A stretch of DNA of 64,000 nucleotides from Zootoca vivipara (lineage: Eukaryota). The DNA is taken from assembly GCF_963506605.1 (NCBI RefSeq), contig NC_083292.1:4154001-4218000 (forward strand), in the 5' to 3' direction. The position numbers and the translations under genes were made by a program. The notes under the pieces were generated by a model, which was not told where the DNA came from, did not search any database, and saw only the letters and a list, made by a program, of their open reading frames with translations. Of the stretch, positions 13,020 through 24,435 are shown one piece after another; within the stretch, counting starts at the first letter, position 1, and each line of letters starts with the position of its first letter.

Positions 13020-13645
13020 ACAGCTTCATCTGGTACGCAGGCTGAGACCCTACCTGCCTGCGGACTGCCTCACCAGAGTGGTGCATGTTCTGGTAATCTC
13101 TCGCTTGGACTGCTGCAATGCGCTCTATGTGGGGCTGCCTTTGACGGTGACCCGGAAACTACAAATAATCAAGAATGTGGCAGCTATACTGGTGACTGGG
13201 AGCAGCCGCCGAGACCACATAACACCAGTCTTGAAAAACCTACAATGGCTACAATGGCTTCCAGTATGTTTCTGAGCACAGTTCAAAGTGTTGGTGTTGA
13301 CCTTTAAAGCCCTAAACGGCCTTGGTCCAGTATATCTGAAGGAGCGTCTCCACCCCCATCATTCTACCCAGACACTGAGGTCCAGCGCTGAGGGCCTTCT
13401 GGCAGTTCCCTCACTAAGAGAAGCCAAGTTACAGGGAACCAGGCAGAGGGCCTTCTCGTTAGTGTCACCCACCCTGTGGAACGCCCTCCCACCAGATGTC
13501 GAGCAGAACAACAACTACCAGACTTTTAGAAGACATCTGTTTAGGGAAACTTTTATTGTTTGATGGATTACTGTATTTTAATATTTTGTTGGAAGCCGCC
13601 CAGAGTGGCTGGGGAAGCCCGGCCAGATGTGTGGGGTACTAATAA

Positions 13646-13692
<47 letters not shown>
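13020..13692 (+). mobile_element. L2-clade LINE 3' end with (TTA)n tail
   Basis: LVISRLDCCNALYVGLP...HITPVLKNLQWL...FKALNGLGP; AATAAA followed by (TTA)n at about 13646-13692. Confidence 0.88.
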
Positions 13693-14256
13693 CCCTATTC
13701 TAGAGTGTAGTCTCAATTCACATGCTCTTGGGAGTGCCATGCATGAACTTAGAATGCATCCTAGTTATAATTTGCACCCAAAACTCAAATGCAGCTGATC
13801 AGTAAAGACGCCATTAATGATGTTTGAATGGAAGAATCCCTGGGGGGCTTCTGAAAGACCCTCTGCCCTGATTTCCCAGAAACACAGTTTGTATCTACAT
13901 TGCTCTGTATATTGGTGTGAGCCCATCTAATAGGCAACTCAGGGTCTCAGTCACATATTTCTGTTTTCTTCCAAGGCAATTATTTTGTTTATGACTACAG
14001 AGCTGCTGGACCTTTTTTATGCTTATTTGTGCTGGTGTTGGTTTAATTTTCCGATCTGGGTGCTGTTGAAATGCTTATTCCATCTAACCAGCTTTGAAAG
14101 ATTTGATTTGACATCAGTTGTGGTGGTTTTCTGCCTTTTCTTGGTGTGTTTTGCATGTTTTGCTTGATTTTATTTGATTTTTGCACCCTGTTCGTCTCAC
14201 CATGCTCTATGTCCGTTTGGTCTAATATTTTTGATTTCCCTGTTTCGTCTCTGTAG

Positions 14257-14421
14257 CGGATGTTGTTCAGTCTCATGGTGGCGTCTTCATGGAAAGTGCA
14301 TCCCCTTCAGCTCCCATTTCAGCCCCCCAATTCAGGGGCTTCCGGAGAGCCAGCGAGGCCAGCATTGCGAGCCAGGTCTCGGGAATGGCAGACAGTTACA
14401 CTGCTTCCAACATAGCCAACA
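14257..14421 (+). CDS. PITPNM2: PITPNM2 coding exon
   Basis: ctgtag|CGGATGTT...AACA|gtaagt; DVVQSHGGVFMESASPSAPISAPQFRGFRRASEASIASQVSGMADSYTASNIAN. Confidence 0.95.
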
Positions 14422-15439
14422 GTAAGTGTTCCTTCCCCCTGGAAATGTCGTCCTTTCCCACTAGCTCCCCTACACCAGGTCTCTGAGCAGCTTGAAGGGT
14501 TGACCGATATCCTGTCCTGCTTCATTCTCGTCATTGGGATTCTGGGGTCTCCAGACTGCAGGCCTAAAAGAACAAGCATTCTCATCTGAAAAGAAAGAGA
14601 GTCGGGGCTGCAGTCTGGTTTCACTTCAATGCTCCTTCAGTTCTTTTAATACTTATTTATTCAAAGTGCTGTGCATGCATCATCTGATTGAAATCCTCAC
14701 ACCATCCCTGTAAGGTAAGTCAGTGTTGTTCGCCTCCATATTGCAAATGGAGAGATTGGGGGGTGAGCTAGAGTGTCTTGCCTAAGGCCACGTCACCCGG
14801 ACACAGGCAAGAGTCAAACCAGGGGCTTGCCGATTCATAGCTCACGTTTCTCTAGCCATTATTTCTACACCAGCTCTTTGCATCTCAGGGATCAGAAGCT
14901 GGAGCTGTTCCACATCTGAAATACATACACACACACTCACAGAGGTACACATGTAATACTTTCTAAGGCTGTCACCTCATTAAAGTTGATAATACTATGG
15001 GTTTGAATTAATCAGTTGCAGAGTTAAATATTTATTAGGGTTATGACTAAAATACTTTTACTTTTTTAAGAAAAGAAAAAAGTCTGTCCATAAACTTCTC
15101 CATCCTACCTGCAAGCAGTATTTGAGACAGTGGTGGGGGTTGGGGGGGCAGTTAGGGAAGGAAATGACTGGATCCTTAGATCATTGGTGTGGATGGTGCT
15201 GCCAGGAAGAACCACAGGTTGCTAGGAGCAGAACTAGAGGTTCCCCTTGATGTGCATAGTGTCTGTAGGGGAGGGGATTATAGCTGTTGCTTAAACAGCC
15301 GGTGCTTTTCCTTCATAGCCCCATCACACTACCAAAGGACAAAAATTAAGTTGCATTCTTTGCGTGACTTGTGTTTTAACAGGTGTGTGTTTTGTTTTTG
15401 TTTTGTCTTTCCCCCTACCGTTTTAAATGTTCCTTTTAG

Positions 15440-15649
15440 AAAACAAACACCATCTCACCCACTCCAGGGGGTTTAGCCTTTTAGCCCTGCTTGCCCTCCC
15501 ACACAAGGCCCCCCCACAACCCTCACCCAAAAGGCATAGGGCACCTAAACCTGAAATTTCCCAGAACCCCTTAGGAAGAAGGGTTGGGAGCTCCTCCCAT
15601 TGGGAAGTGGATGCCATTCTACAGATCCCGGACCTGGACATCAACAAAG
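15440..15649 (+). CDS. PITPNM2: PITPNM2 210-nt symmetric (phase 1-1) exon, probably an alternatively spliced cassette
   Basis: ttttag|AAAAC...AAAG|gtattc; NKHHLTHSRGFSLLALLALPHKAPPQPSP...QIPDLDINK, resembling recalled human LSLLALPAP...LPELDIGE; phases fit both neighbours. Confidence 0.8.
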
Positions 15650-16260
15650 GTATTCTGGAGAGAGACAAGGGGAGCAAGATGCATCACTGACTAACCTCCT
15701 CTGTCACTCTCTCCAGAGCCAAATGGGTCTGCTTTTCATGGGACTCCTTCACCATCTTGGCATAGTTTAAACAACACTTGCTTCCACTCTGCTTTGATGA
15801 CTAACTTTCTTGCCTCTAACAAGCCACCTCTGTAGTGCACACTCTGATTAATTTTAAAATCCTCCACAGCACTTGCAGTACTGTTGCTGCTGTTTCTTAG
15901 GAGGAAGCAGCTATTCTTGACTGTCCTGTTCGGAGGATCCCAAAATCACAGCTGCAGGCCATAAATGCTTTGAACTGCAAATAGAAAGCTGGAACACCTC
16001 CGCTTATGAGATGGCTTTGGCTTGAGAGTAGTAATAATTGCAAGTTTGTTTTGATAACTACTCATCTCTTATGTCAGAATCTGGGGGGAAGGAAGTCTTT
16101 TTTGGCAGGATTTTCCAGAAGTTTTGGTTTTCTTGCTGGTCTGGTACAACACAATCTGTTCTATGATGGTTACAGGTAGGTAGCCGTGTTGGTCTGGATC
16201 GAAGTAAAATAAAAAAATTCCTTCAGTAGCACCTTAAAGACCAACTAAGTTTTTATTTTG

Positions 16261-16298
16261 GTATGAGCTTTCGTGTGCATGCACACTTCTTCAGATAC
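16261..16298 (-). ncRNA. Minimal type-I hammerhead ribozyme (inverted copy)
   Basis: Exact reverse complement of 16349-16386. Confidence 0.78.
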
Positions 16299-16348
16299 AG
16301 TGAAATGGAAGTTTCCAGGCACTAGAAATGGAAAACTTCCATTTCACT

Positions 16349-16386
16349 GTATCTGAAGAAGTGTGCATGCACACGAAAGCTCATAC
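16349..16386 (+). ncRNA. Minimal type-I hammerhead ribozyme (Penelope-associated)
   Basis: GUAU-CUGAAGA-a-GUGUG(CAUG)CACAC-GAAA-GC-UC^-AUAC: conserved core, stem I GUAU/AUAC, stem II, palindromic AGCU in place of stem III. Confidence 0.78.
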
Positions 16387-17809
16387 CAAAATAAAAACTT
16401 AGTTGGTCTTTAAGGTGCTACTGAAGGAATTTTTTTATTTTGTTCTATGATGGACATCTGTGGTAAGGCAAATGAATAAATTTGAGAAATCCAGCAGGGC
16501 AATTGAAGCTATGCTGTCAGAATGGCAATTTATGTCCTCCATGCAACTAAATGGGAGTTCTCCTAACAGGACAATGTTTGGTTTCCTCCTCTTGCCTTTG
16601 CACTGAAATTCTATAACAAGGAGCCTAGAGAGGATCTGCTGTGGGAATTGGTGAGGCGAGGGGCATCCTTTCTCAACAATACATTTCCTGCCTTTTCTTT
16701 TGACACTCAGCAGCTTTTGAGAGGCTGTTGTTGATTTAGAAATGTGTATGGGAATATGTGTTTTTAAAAATTAGACACCCAGAAATGGTAAGTTTGCAGG
16801 TGCTAAGGTGCCTCGGCGGTGGTCTCCTGACACATAGCTATACTGTAATGAGAAGACAGGTAAGTGACAGACTGAAGTACAATTTCCGCTTTTGTTCCTA
16901 AAGAACTTTGGTGCCCGGTTTAATATGTGGTTTGAACCCAACTCCCTCTGTTCCAGAGGCCATGACAGGCTTTCTGTGCTGGCTGAGGCTGATGGGAAGT
17001 TGTAGGGCAAAACATCTGAAGGGCACCAATTTGGGGGAAGCATAAAATGTTCTGAAACGTCTAAGAACCACCAATTAATTTCTCCTCTCTTACTGTGGGA
17101 CATGGCCATGCTACAAATCTATAGTAGTTTCATACTTGTTTAACTGCCATGGCTTCCCACAAAGAATCCTAGGAATCACCCTTGTGCTGACAAGACTGAG
17201 AATGTGCTGTGCTACAAGTGAGATCTGCAACCAAATGCTGCAGCATGGAGTGCTCCTGTTCAAAGTGCCAACCAGCAGCTTCCTCTTCTAGGATACGCTG
17301 TTCTCCTCCCCCGCAACCTGACTTTCTCCTTTCTTTACAGTTCTCCACCCCATAGGCAGCACTGACTATGTTCATCCTCACTGGGATGTTGGAAGTAGGG
17401 ACTCGCCCCAAGAGTTTCCTCTTCTGCAAACATCAGGGTTCTACTGATAATGTGGATACCTTCCTCTTGTATGTAAGTGATGCCAGTTTGATTACATAAA
17501 GATCAGCACTTCTCTCTGAATGTGGCTGACAGGAGGATTGATTGAGCTGACACCAGCACCATCCTGCCCTTCACAGCAGTTTGAGTTTCCAGGGTTTCTT
17601 GGGAGAGAGGCAGGTTTTTTTGAAAAGCAATACCAGTGAAGAGTACCAGTGAAGAATTCTCTTGCAGTATCCTCAAAGGGACACCACACTCCCCCACCCC
17701 TGCTTCAGGGTTTTTTTTAAGTCGCCATGACAGTTTAACTGATATGAAACCTGATATGAATCCTGAGAAGTGGAGTTTGTTATGGTTGCCGAGAGTTGTC
17801 AGGAGAGCT

Positions 17810-19700
17810 TCAAAAAAAAAATGCAGAGAGCAAAATCAACCCCAGTATATGGCGCTTATTGACCTGACTGAGGCCTTCGACACTGTACTGCCCTGTGGAC
17901 TGTCCTTCTGAAAACTGGCTGCCCAGATAAATTTTTGAACGTCCTTCTGCTCCTCCATGATAACATGATGGCAACAATTGCAGATACCAATGGCTCTCAA
18001 AGTGAACCATTCACAGTGGGATCAGGTGTTAAACAGGGATGTGTTATCACCCCAATTCTATTTATTATCTTCATCGCCATGATCCTACACATTGTCGAAG
18101 GGAAACTCCCCAGCAGAGTAGAAATTATATATCATCAACAACAAAATTTTATTGCATTAGCCGGTTGGCCATAGCACATAAAGGATCCAGGCAGTAACCT
18201 ACCACTATTATACAGAGAATGTATCAAATGCACTTGCAAAACAGCGAATATAAAATCATGCTATATAAAACAGATTTTGGTAAAAACTATGACACATCAT
18301 GTGTGTTTCGTCTGTTGCAAAATATTTAGAGAGATCTGAGTCTAGAGAAAGTTAGCCTGTCAAAAGAGCCCTGAGTTTCAGGGCCTGCAAGATGTAGATG
18401 GCCACTCATCGGGTAACCCTGGGGTTAGCGTCCACCAATAGAAATTTCATGCAGTCATCTTCCAAGGCAATGAGCAGAGGAATTAGTAGAGGGAGCCTCG
18501 GTCTTATTGCGTCGTATAGGAGGCAGTGAAAGAAAAAGTGGATAACATCCTCTATCTTTCCCTTGTTACACGGCCAGTGTCGAAGGTCGGGGGGAGTGTT
18601 GGAAACTATACTCCCCAACAGAGTAGAAATTATATATCAAACAGATAGAAAGCTCTTTAATCTGAGTGGCTCGAAGCAAAGAATAAGGTTACCACAACTT
18701 CCATCATAGAGCTTCAGTATGCTGATGACAACGTAGTGTGTGCACACTCAGAAGATGACCTCCAAACCATCCTAAATATCTTCACAGAAGCTTATGAAAA
18801 GTTTGGTCTATTGCTCAATATCCAAAAAAACCAAAGTGCACAAGCACAAAACAACCCCTCTGCAGCGCCACAAATCCAACTTAATGGTGTAATGTTGGAA
18901 AGTGTCAATCATTTGGTCCTACCGTACCTGGACCGTTACCTTTCCACAAGGGCCAGCATTGATGCCAAAATCCAGCATCGCCTGAGCTCTGTGAGTGCAG
19001 CTTTCTCCCGATTGAAGCACAGAGTGTTTGAGGACTGGGACATGCACAGGTGAACCAAAATGCTCATTTACAAAGCTATTGTACTACCAATATTACTCTA
19101 CACTTGTGAAACATGGACCACTTATAAACGCCATTTCCAGCTCTTTGAAAAATTCCATCAACCGACTGTCCTTGGGAAGACAGGTGAACTAATGCCAGTG
19201 TACTGCAAAAAGCAAAAATCGCTAGTGTTGAAGCAATGATTCTTCAGCATCAACTTCATTGGACTTGTCATGTTGTTCGGATGCCTGATTACCGTCTTCC
19301 AAAGCAACTACTCCATTCCCATCTCAAGAATGGAAGGCGAAATACCGGTGGATAACAAAATAGGTTTAAAGCCGCTCTCAAAGCAAACCTAAAATAATGT
19401 AACATAAGCAATGATAACTGGGAAACACTGGGCTGCAAATGCTCCAATTGGAGAACAGCCTTTACCAAAGGTATCATAGACTTTGAAGAAGCTTGAACTC
19501 AGGGCAAAAAGGAGAAACGTGCTAAGAGGAAGGCACATTTGACAAACCCTCACCATGATCAACTCCTGCTCAGAAACCTATGTCCCCACTGTGGAAGGAC
19601 GTGTGGATCCAGAATTGTCCTCCACAGTCATGGACTCACTGTTAAGACTGTGTTCATGGAAGACAATCTTCTCGGCTACGAGTGATCGTCAAAGAAGGAG
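17810..19700 (+). mobile_element. RTE-clade LINE fragment (RT region to 3' end), interrupted by another LINE at 18135-18609
   Basis: KCREQNQP..IDLTEAFDTV, GVKQGCVITPILF, QYADD, CPHCGR near the 3' end; frameshifted. Confidence 0.88.
18135..18609 (-). mobile_element. 5'-truncated LINE 3' end with a CCHC-like motif (clade uncertain, RTE-X-like?)
   Basis: CNKGKIEDVIHFFFHCLLYDAIR; GGCC..GGCT..AATAAA end; flanked by a 30-bp direct repeat. Confidence 0.65.
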
Positions 19701-20014
19701 ACGACTCCCTTCACAGAGCTACAATTCCCAGGATTCCCAGGGAAGAAGCATGAATTATTAAACCAAATTACACTTCCCAGGATTCTTTAGGGGAAGCAAT
19801 GACTGTTTAAAGCAGTGTGACACTGCTTTAATTGTATAGTGCAGATGGGGCCAAAGTTGTTACACCCAGAAAGAGAGTTTTCAGACATTTTAGTCGGAAA
19901 AGCAATGGGCCTGAAATAGAAATAGAAATAGACTTGAATTATTTTTTACTTTTCTTTTCCATGAAAGGAATAATCCAAACGTTGGGGTTTTGTCTCCTTT
20001 TGTTTTGTTCCCAG

Positions 20015-20163
20015 TTGCTGCCAAATGGTGGGGAACGAAAAGAATAGACTATGCTCTCTATTGCCCCGATGCCCTCACCGCCTTCCCTACGGTGGCCTTA
20101 CCGCACCTCTTCCATGCAAGCTACTGGGAGTCAACAGATGTGGTTTCCTTCCTCCTCAGGCAG
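20015..20163 (+). CDS. PITPNM2: PITPNM2 coding exon (end of DDHD)
   Basis: cccag|TTGCTGCC...CAG|gtcagt; [49 protein letters not shown]. Confidence 0.97.
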
Positions 20164-21957
20164 GTCAGTCCTATTTGGTTTGCAAATCTCCAGCATACAG
20201 AGGGACTGTGCTCACACTCCCATTTGCTGTGCACTCACTGTGTTTCCAGCCCCAGGTCTTTAATCCATGTTCACACAACGTTATCCAAAACGCTACTCTT
20301 TGATGTGCTGTTCTCAAGCCTGCTTCGCACCAGTTTGGAGTCCTTAAGTTCCTAGTCCATCTCTAGCCAAGGTGTAAAACCTTTCCATAGGGTAAATGCA
20401 TCCTCTCCCGGGCAACATCCTCTGTTCTGTTGTGTACACAAACAGAAATTAGTTTGACACTAATGAAACCCTGCTGATGTGAGCAGCCAGAGGGATAGAA
20501 CGGTGAAACTATTTCACTGTGTTCTAATGTGAACACACCCTCAGTCCTCTGTTAGTATTAAATTGCAGAGGGAACTCACAGTTATTCAATGAAACTGGAC
20601 ACCACTAATTTATCATGAATTTTGCTTTGCATTTTTGCAAGCTGAAAATATCTGAGGCAAAGCTACAAATATAATGAATGACTCTCCCTCTTAATAAATG
20701 TAGCTTATGATACCCTTGGCAAAGTGTTCATATTTCTAGTGCTCATGATGGTAGCGGGGACAACGACGACTGTGGGGGCTTTGACTTAAGAATTTGTGGG
20801 CATGTGTGTGATGTGACATCTTCTAGCCTTCTTGCCTGCATACCCCTCCTCTCACAAACTTTCTGTTAGTTTCAACTTTTCAGTATCATAACAAAAAATA
20901 ACTGGAACAAAAATTATGTAAAAGCAAAACCTCTAGGATTGACCAACTAAAATAAAGCATGCAGTTTAAATGCATGAATGTTTTGCATAGTTTAGGCCAG
21001 TTCATGAAATTCATTACTTTTAAGCTGCAATCCTATATGCATTCGGCTGAATTCAGAGTCCCCCTGAATTCAGTAGACCTTGTTTCAGAAAAGCCATGTA
21101 TAGGATTGCACTGTTCATGGAGTTTTCTAGATGCTTGCCATCCTCAATATGATAGATTCAGAAAAGGAGGCAAGAGGATAGATTGGTCTCTGAAACACTT
21201 TTCTACCAGAATCCTGTAGCCAGAGTTGCCTTAGTTAGATTGCTAAATCTGCTGGAATCTTATGTCATCCAAGGAAGTGTCTGGTGCTGCAGAGCTGAGT
21301 CAAGAAGTCAGTGGATCTGGAGGCAATGTGTGATAATAACGCATTTCTGAAGAAAAGATTTCCCCAGAGCAGGGAGAAAAGGGTTGGGATGCCATCAGAA
21401 TGAGCACACAGCTTTCGCATGAGGACAGCAGACTAAGTGATGACAAAGGATTGCATCCATTCCCCCAGTAGGAGAAAGCTTTTCCTGCTATAGGAATAAA
21501 ACGTTTGCAGAATGTGGCAGACATGGCTGCACACAACTTCACTGTACTAGAAACACACATACATACTTCTCATCCTGGAGTGAGCTGCAAGAAAGGGATG
21601 GGTGAGTTTTGAAATTTTTTCAGCAGATTGGGGAAGCTGAGTATGATGGGTTCCTATAGGCTAGCACTTGTGACGTCACCAGCATGCCTTCCTCTATCCC
21701 TAAAGCAGTTGTCAAACTGGTTTTTTTAATGTTCATAAACTTCTATACATTTTTAACAGGAGAATAGGCATAAAAGTATACATACTTTGTTATAAAAAAA
21801 TTTAAAAGTATATCCACTCCCTAAAACACGTGGCGAGACATTAAGAGTCAGAGACCTGATCCAGCATTCAATTTGCAAGAAGCATTACAAATGGAAGGCA
21901 GTTTTGGAAGCTGCTTCCAAGAGTGGCCATTCCAAGCGTGGCCATTTCTGTATAGCT

Positions 21958-22093
21958 CAGGCATCCCCAAACTTTGGCCCTCCAGATGTTTTGGCCTACA
22001 ACTCCCATGATCCCTAGCTAACAGGACCAGTGGTCGGGGAAGATGGGAATTGTAGTCCAAAACATCTGGAGGGCCAAAGTTTGGGGATGCCTG
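21958..22093. mobile_element. Palindromic hAT MITE (same family as 9513-9648, opposite orientation)
   Basis: CAGGCATCCCCAAACTTTGGCCCTCCAGATGTTTTGG...CCAAAGTTTGGGGATGCCTG. Confidence 0.88.
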
Positions 22094-22804
22094 ATTTAGC
22101 ACTTTCAATATGCAAATGGAAACTCCAGTCGCAGTCCTGACCAATTCAACTCTGCCCATCTCTTAATTGTTTTAAATACCATCTGTTCAAACTCACCCCC
22201 TTGGCTCTGTTTTAATTAATCTAGAATAACTACCAGTTCTTTAAAAATAAAAATGGCAGAGGGAAAACGTAGGAGTACAAAAACCCAAACCTTTCCTTTT
22301 AAATAAGTGCAGAGCCCCAGCTAGTGCCACACAACATGTGCAAAGCACCTGGCCCCCAATAATGGAACAAAGGACATACAGAAACAGATATGGGCGAAAA
22401 CAGGCTGCAACTTATGCAAAAACAGGCTAAAACAAGTATGCAGGGTTGGCTAGGCATAGGGCAAGGACTGGATATTGGAAAGCCCATCTGATGGCCATCC
22501 CCCCAGCCTGTCTGCTTGGGTCACCTCCTGGGAGCTGCCAACATGTTGTGCCAGCCAAACATCATCTGAGCTCTAGCTGGCAACCTGGGCTGAATGGTGA
22601 AAAGCCAATCCCCTCACAATTCAGGGCCAAGTCTTCCCACCCCCTCCCCCCAAGGCCCCTCGGTGTTAACGGATCTGTCCAGTGACCTCAGCTGCTCCAG
22701 TGACTTCTGCTGCCACCAGAGCTAGGCATCTTCCACTTTGCAAACAGGGTGTAGTAGATGCTTGCACTTTGTGGAAATCCCTGATCAGGCTATGCTTTCC
22801 TCAG

Positions 22805-22921
22805 GTGATGAGGCACGAGAACGCCAGCATCCTGGAGCTGGATGGGAAGGAGGTCTCTGTCTTTACTCCTTCTAAGCCCAGGGAGAAGTGGCTTCGCAAG
22901 AGGACCCATGTGAAGCTAAGG
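22805..22921 (+). CDS. PITPNM2: PITPNM2 coding exon
   Basis: cctcag|GTG...AGG|gtaagc; VMRHENASILELDGKEVSVFTPSKPREKWLRKRTHVKLR. Confidence 0.97.
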
Positions 22922-24089
22922 GTAAGCACAGTCTTCTGTTGTTGTTTTTTAAATTTAACTTTATTCTATATTGAAAGCAATATGCACTCTATTTGGCCAG
23001 TCCAAGGGTATCATCAATGTGAGTTAATTCACTGGCTTCTTTGAGGAACAAATTGCATCTAGCATTGATTGTGTCACCATGAAAAAAGGCAGTTGCTTGT
23101 GAAACTTGTTACTGAGCATGAAACAATTTTATTTGTTTTATTTGTAAGTGGTTCCTCTTCCTCCACTTTTTAATCCTCAGTCTCAACAACCCTGTTAGGC
23201 TGAGAGTTAGGAACTGACGCAAGGACACCCAGTGAGGTTCATGACTTGAACCTGGATCTCCCCAGTCCTCGTCTGACACCCCTACATACATCTTGCTGAC
23301 TCTTAACTCGAACTGTAGCACCACAGGCGTTTCTCTAATTTAACCATCAACCATATGCTTGCACCTCAGTGATAGAGCACACACTTTGCATCCAAAAGAT
23401 TCCTGATTCAATTCTGCATCTCCAGGTGCAGCTGAGGAAGACTCCTGTCTGAAACCCTCAAGAGCACCTCCTAGTCCATATAAACAGTACTGAGGTAGAT
23501 GGGCCAATGGTCCAACTCTGTAGAAGGCATAAGAAGTCCTATAAGATATGTGGAAATGAGGTCTCCTTGGCTGCTACTTAACAATTTCAGTTGCCATTCA
23601 TGCGCTCCCAAGCCACTCATGCGTGGGCAGGATTTCAGATAGGGACACTGGCACCATCCTGCTCTTCCCCTCTGTGTTTCTTCTTCTCTTCTCCCGTTGT
23701 CAGGTGAGTGATTTGCAGCCTGTCTTGCTTCTCAGAGCATTCCACATATTGTACTCTATTTCCAATAACTGATTGGTGTCCAATTTTAACATTTTACGTG
23801 CTTTTTATTGTATGGCTTTATGTGCTGTTGTAAACCGCTTTGATTTTTTTTAAATGAAATATGTAAATACTTAAACATTTTACAAATAAATATCTGTCGT
23901 TGTTACGGTATTTTAAATATTCATGCCCTGCCTTCTAGAACAGTGTCTTCCTTAACTATTTATTCTCTGCACCATGCACATCGGTGGGTCTACATAAGTA
24001 AATAAATGAATGATTGTGATGCTGTGGTAAAGACACAGCACCCTCAGGCTGGTAGGTGATGGACCTAATTTGCAGAAAGGACAAGCTTT

Positions 24090-24300
24090 GAATCATAGTA
24101 TTGTAGAGTTGGCAGGGACCCTGAGGGTAATCTAGTCCAGACCCCTGCAAGTCAGAAATCTTCCAAGGGAGTCCTTTTCCACTGTCAAACAGCTCTTACC
24201 ATCAGAAAGTCCTTCCTGATGTTCAGTCAGAATCTCTTTTCTTATAACTGTAATCCATTGTTTTGGCTCCTCACCTCCAGAGCAGGAAAAAACAGGCTCG
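24090..24300 (-). mobile_element. Old CR1 3' end abutting a PITPNM2 acceptor
   Basis: Similar to 11716-11840 (ttccactgtcaaacagctcttac...cttcctgatgtt). Confidence 0.75.
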
Positions 24301-24318
24301 TTTTTCTTTTCTTTATAG

Positions 24319-24435
24319 AACGTCACAGCCAATCACCGAATAAATGATGCTATTGCCAATGAGGATGGACCCCAGATGTTAACTGGAAGGTTTATGTATG
24401 GCCCATTGGACATGGTCACACTCACAGGAGAAAAG
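24319..24435 (+). CDS. PITPNM2: PITPNM2 coding exon (absent from the ORF track)
   Basis: ttatag|AAC...AAG|gtattg; NVTANHRINDAIANEDGPQMLTGRFMYGPLDMVTLTGEK. Confidence 0.97.

Larger units (their letters stand above)
16170..16440. mobile_element. Penelope-like element terminus with inverted duplication
   Basis: Perfect 109-bp inverted repeat at 16206-16314 and 16333-16441; 13-bp flanking direct repeat TGTTCTATGATGG (16157-16169 and 16441-16453); related copies at 32390 and 57495. Confidence 0.85.

Noticed and set aside
15372-15388. Second AG|GT (ttttaacag|gtgtgt) as a recursive site
   Set aside because: Weak donor and short pyrimidine tract; consistent with chance.
23360-23420. tRNA-like sequences (also near 30930, 34145, 58625 and 61050)
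   Set aside because: Decayed tRNA-derived SINE heads with no complete cloverleaf.
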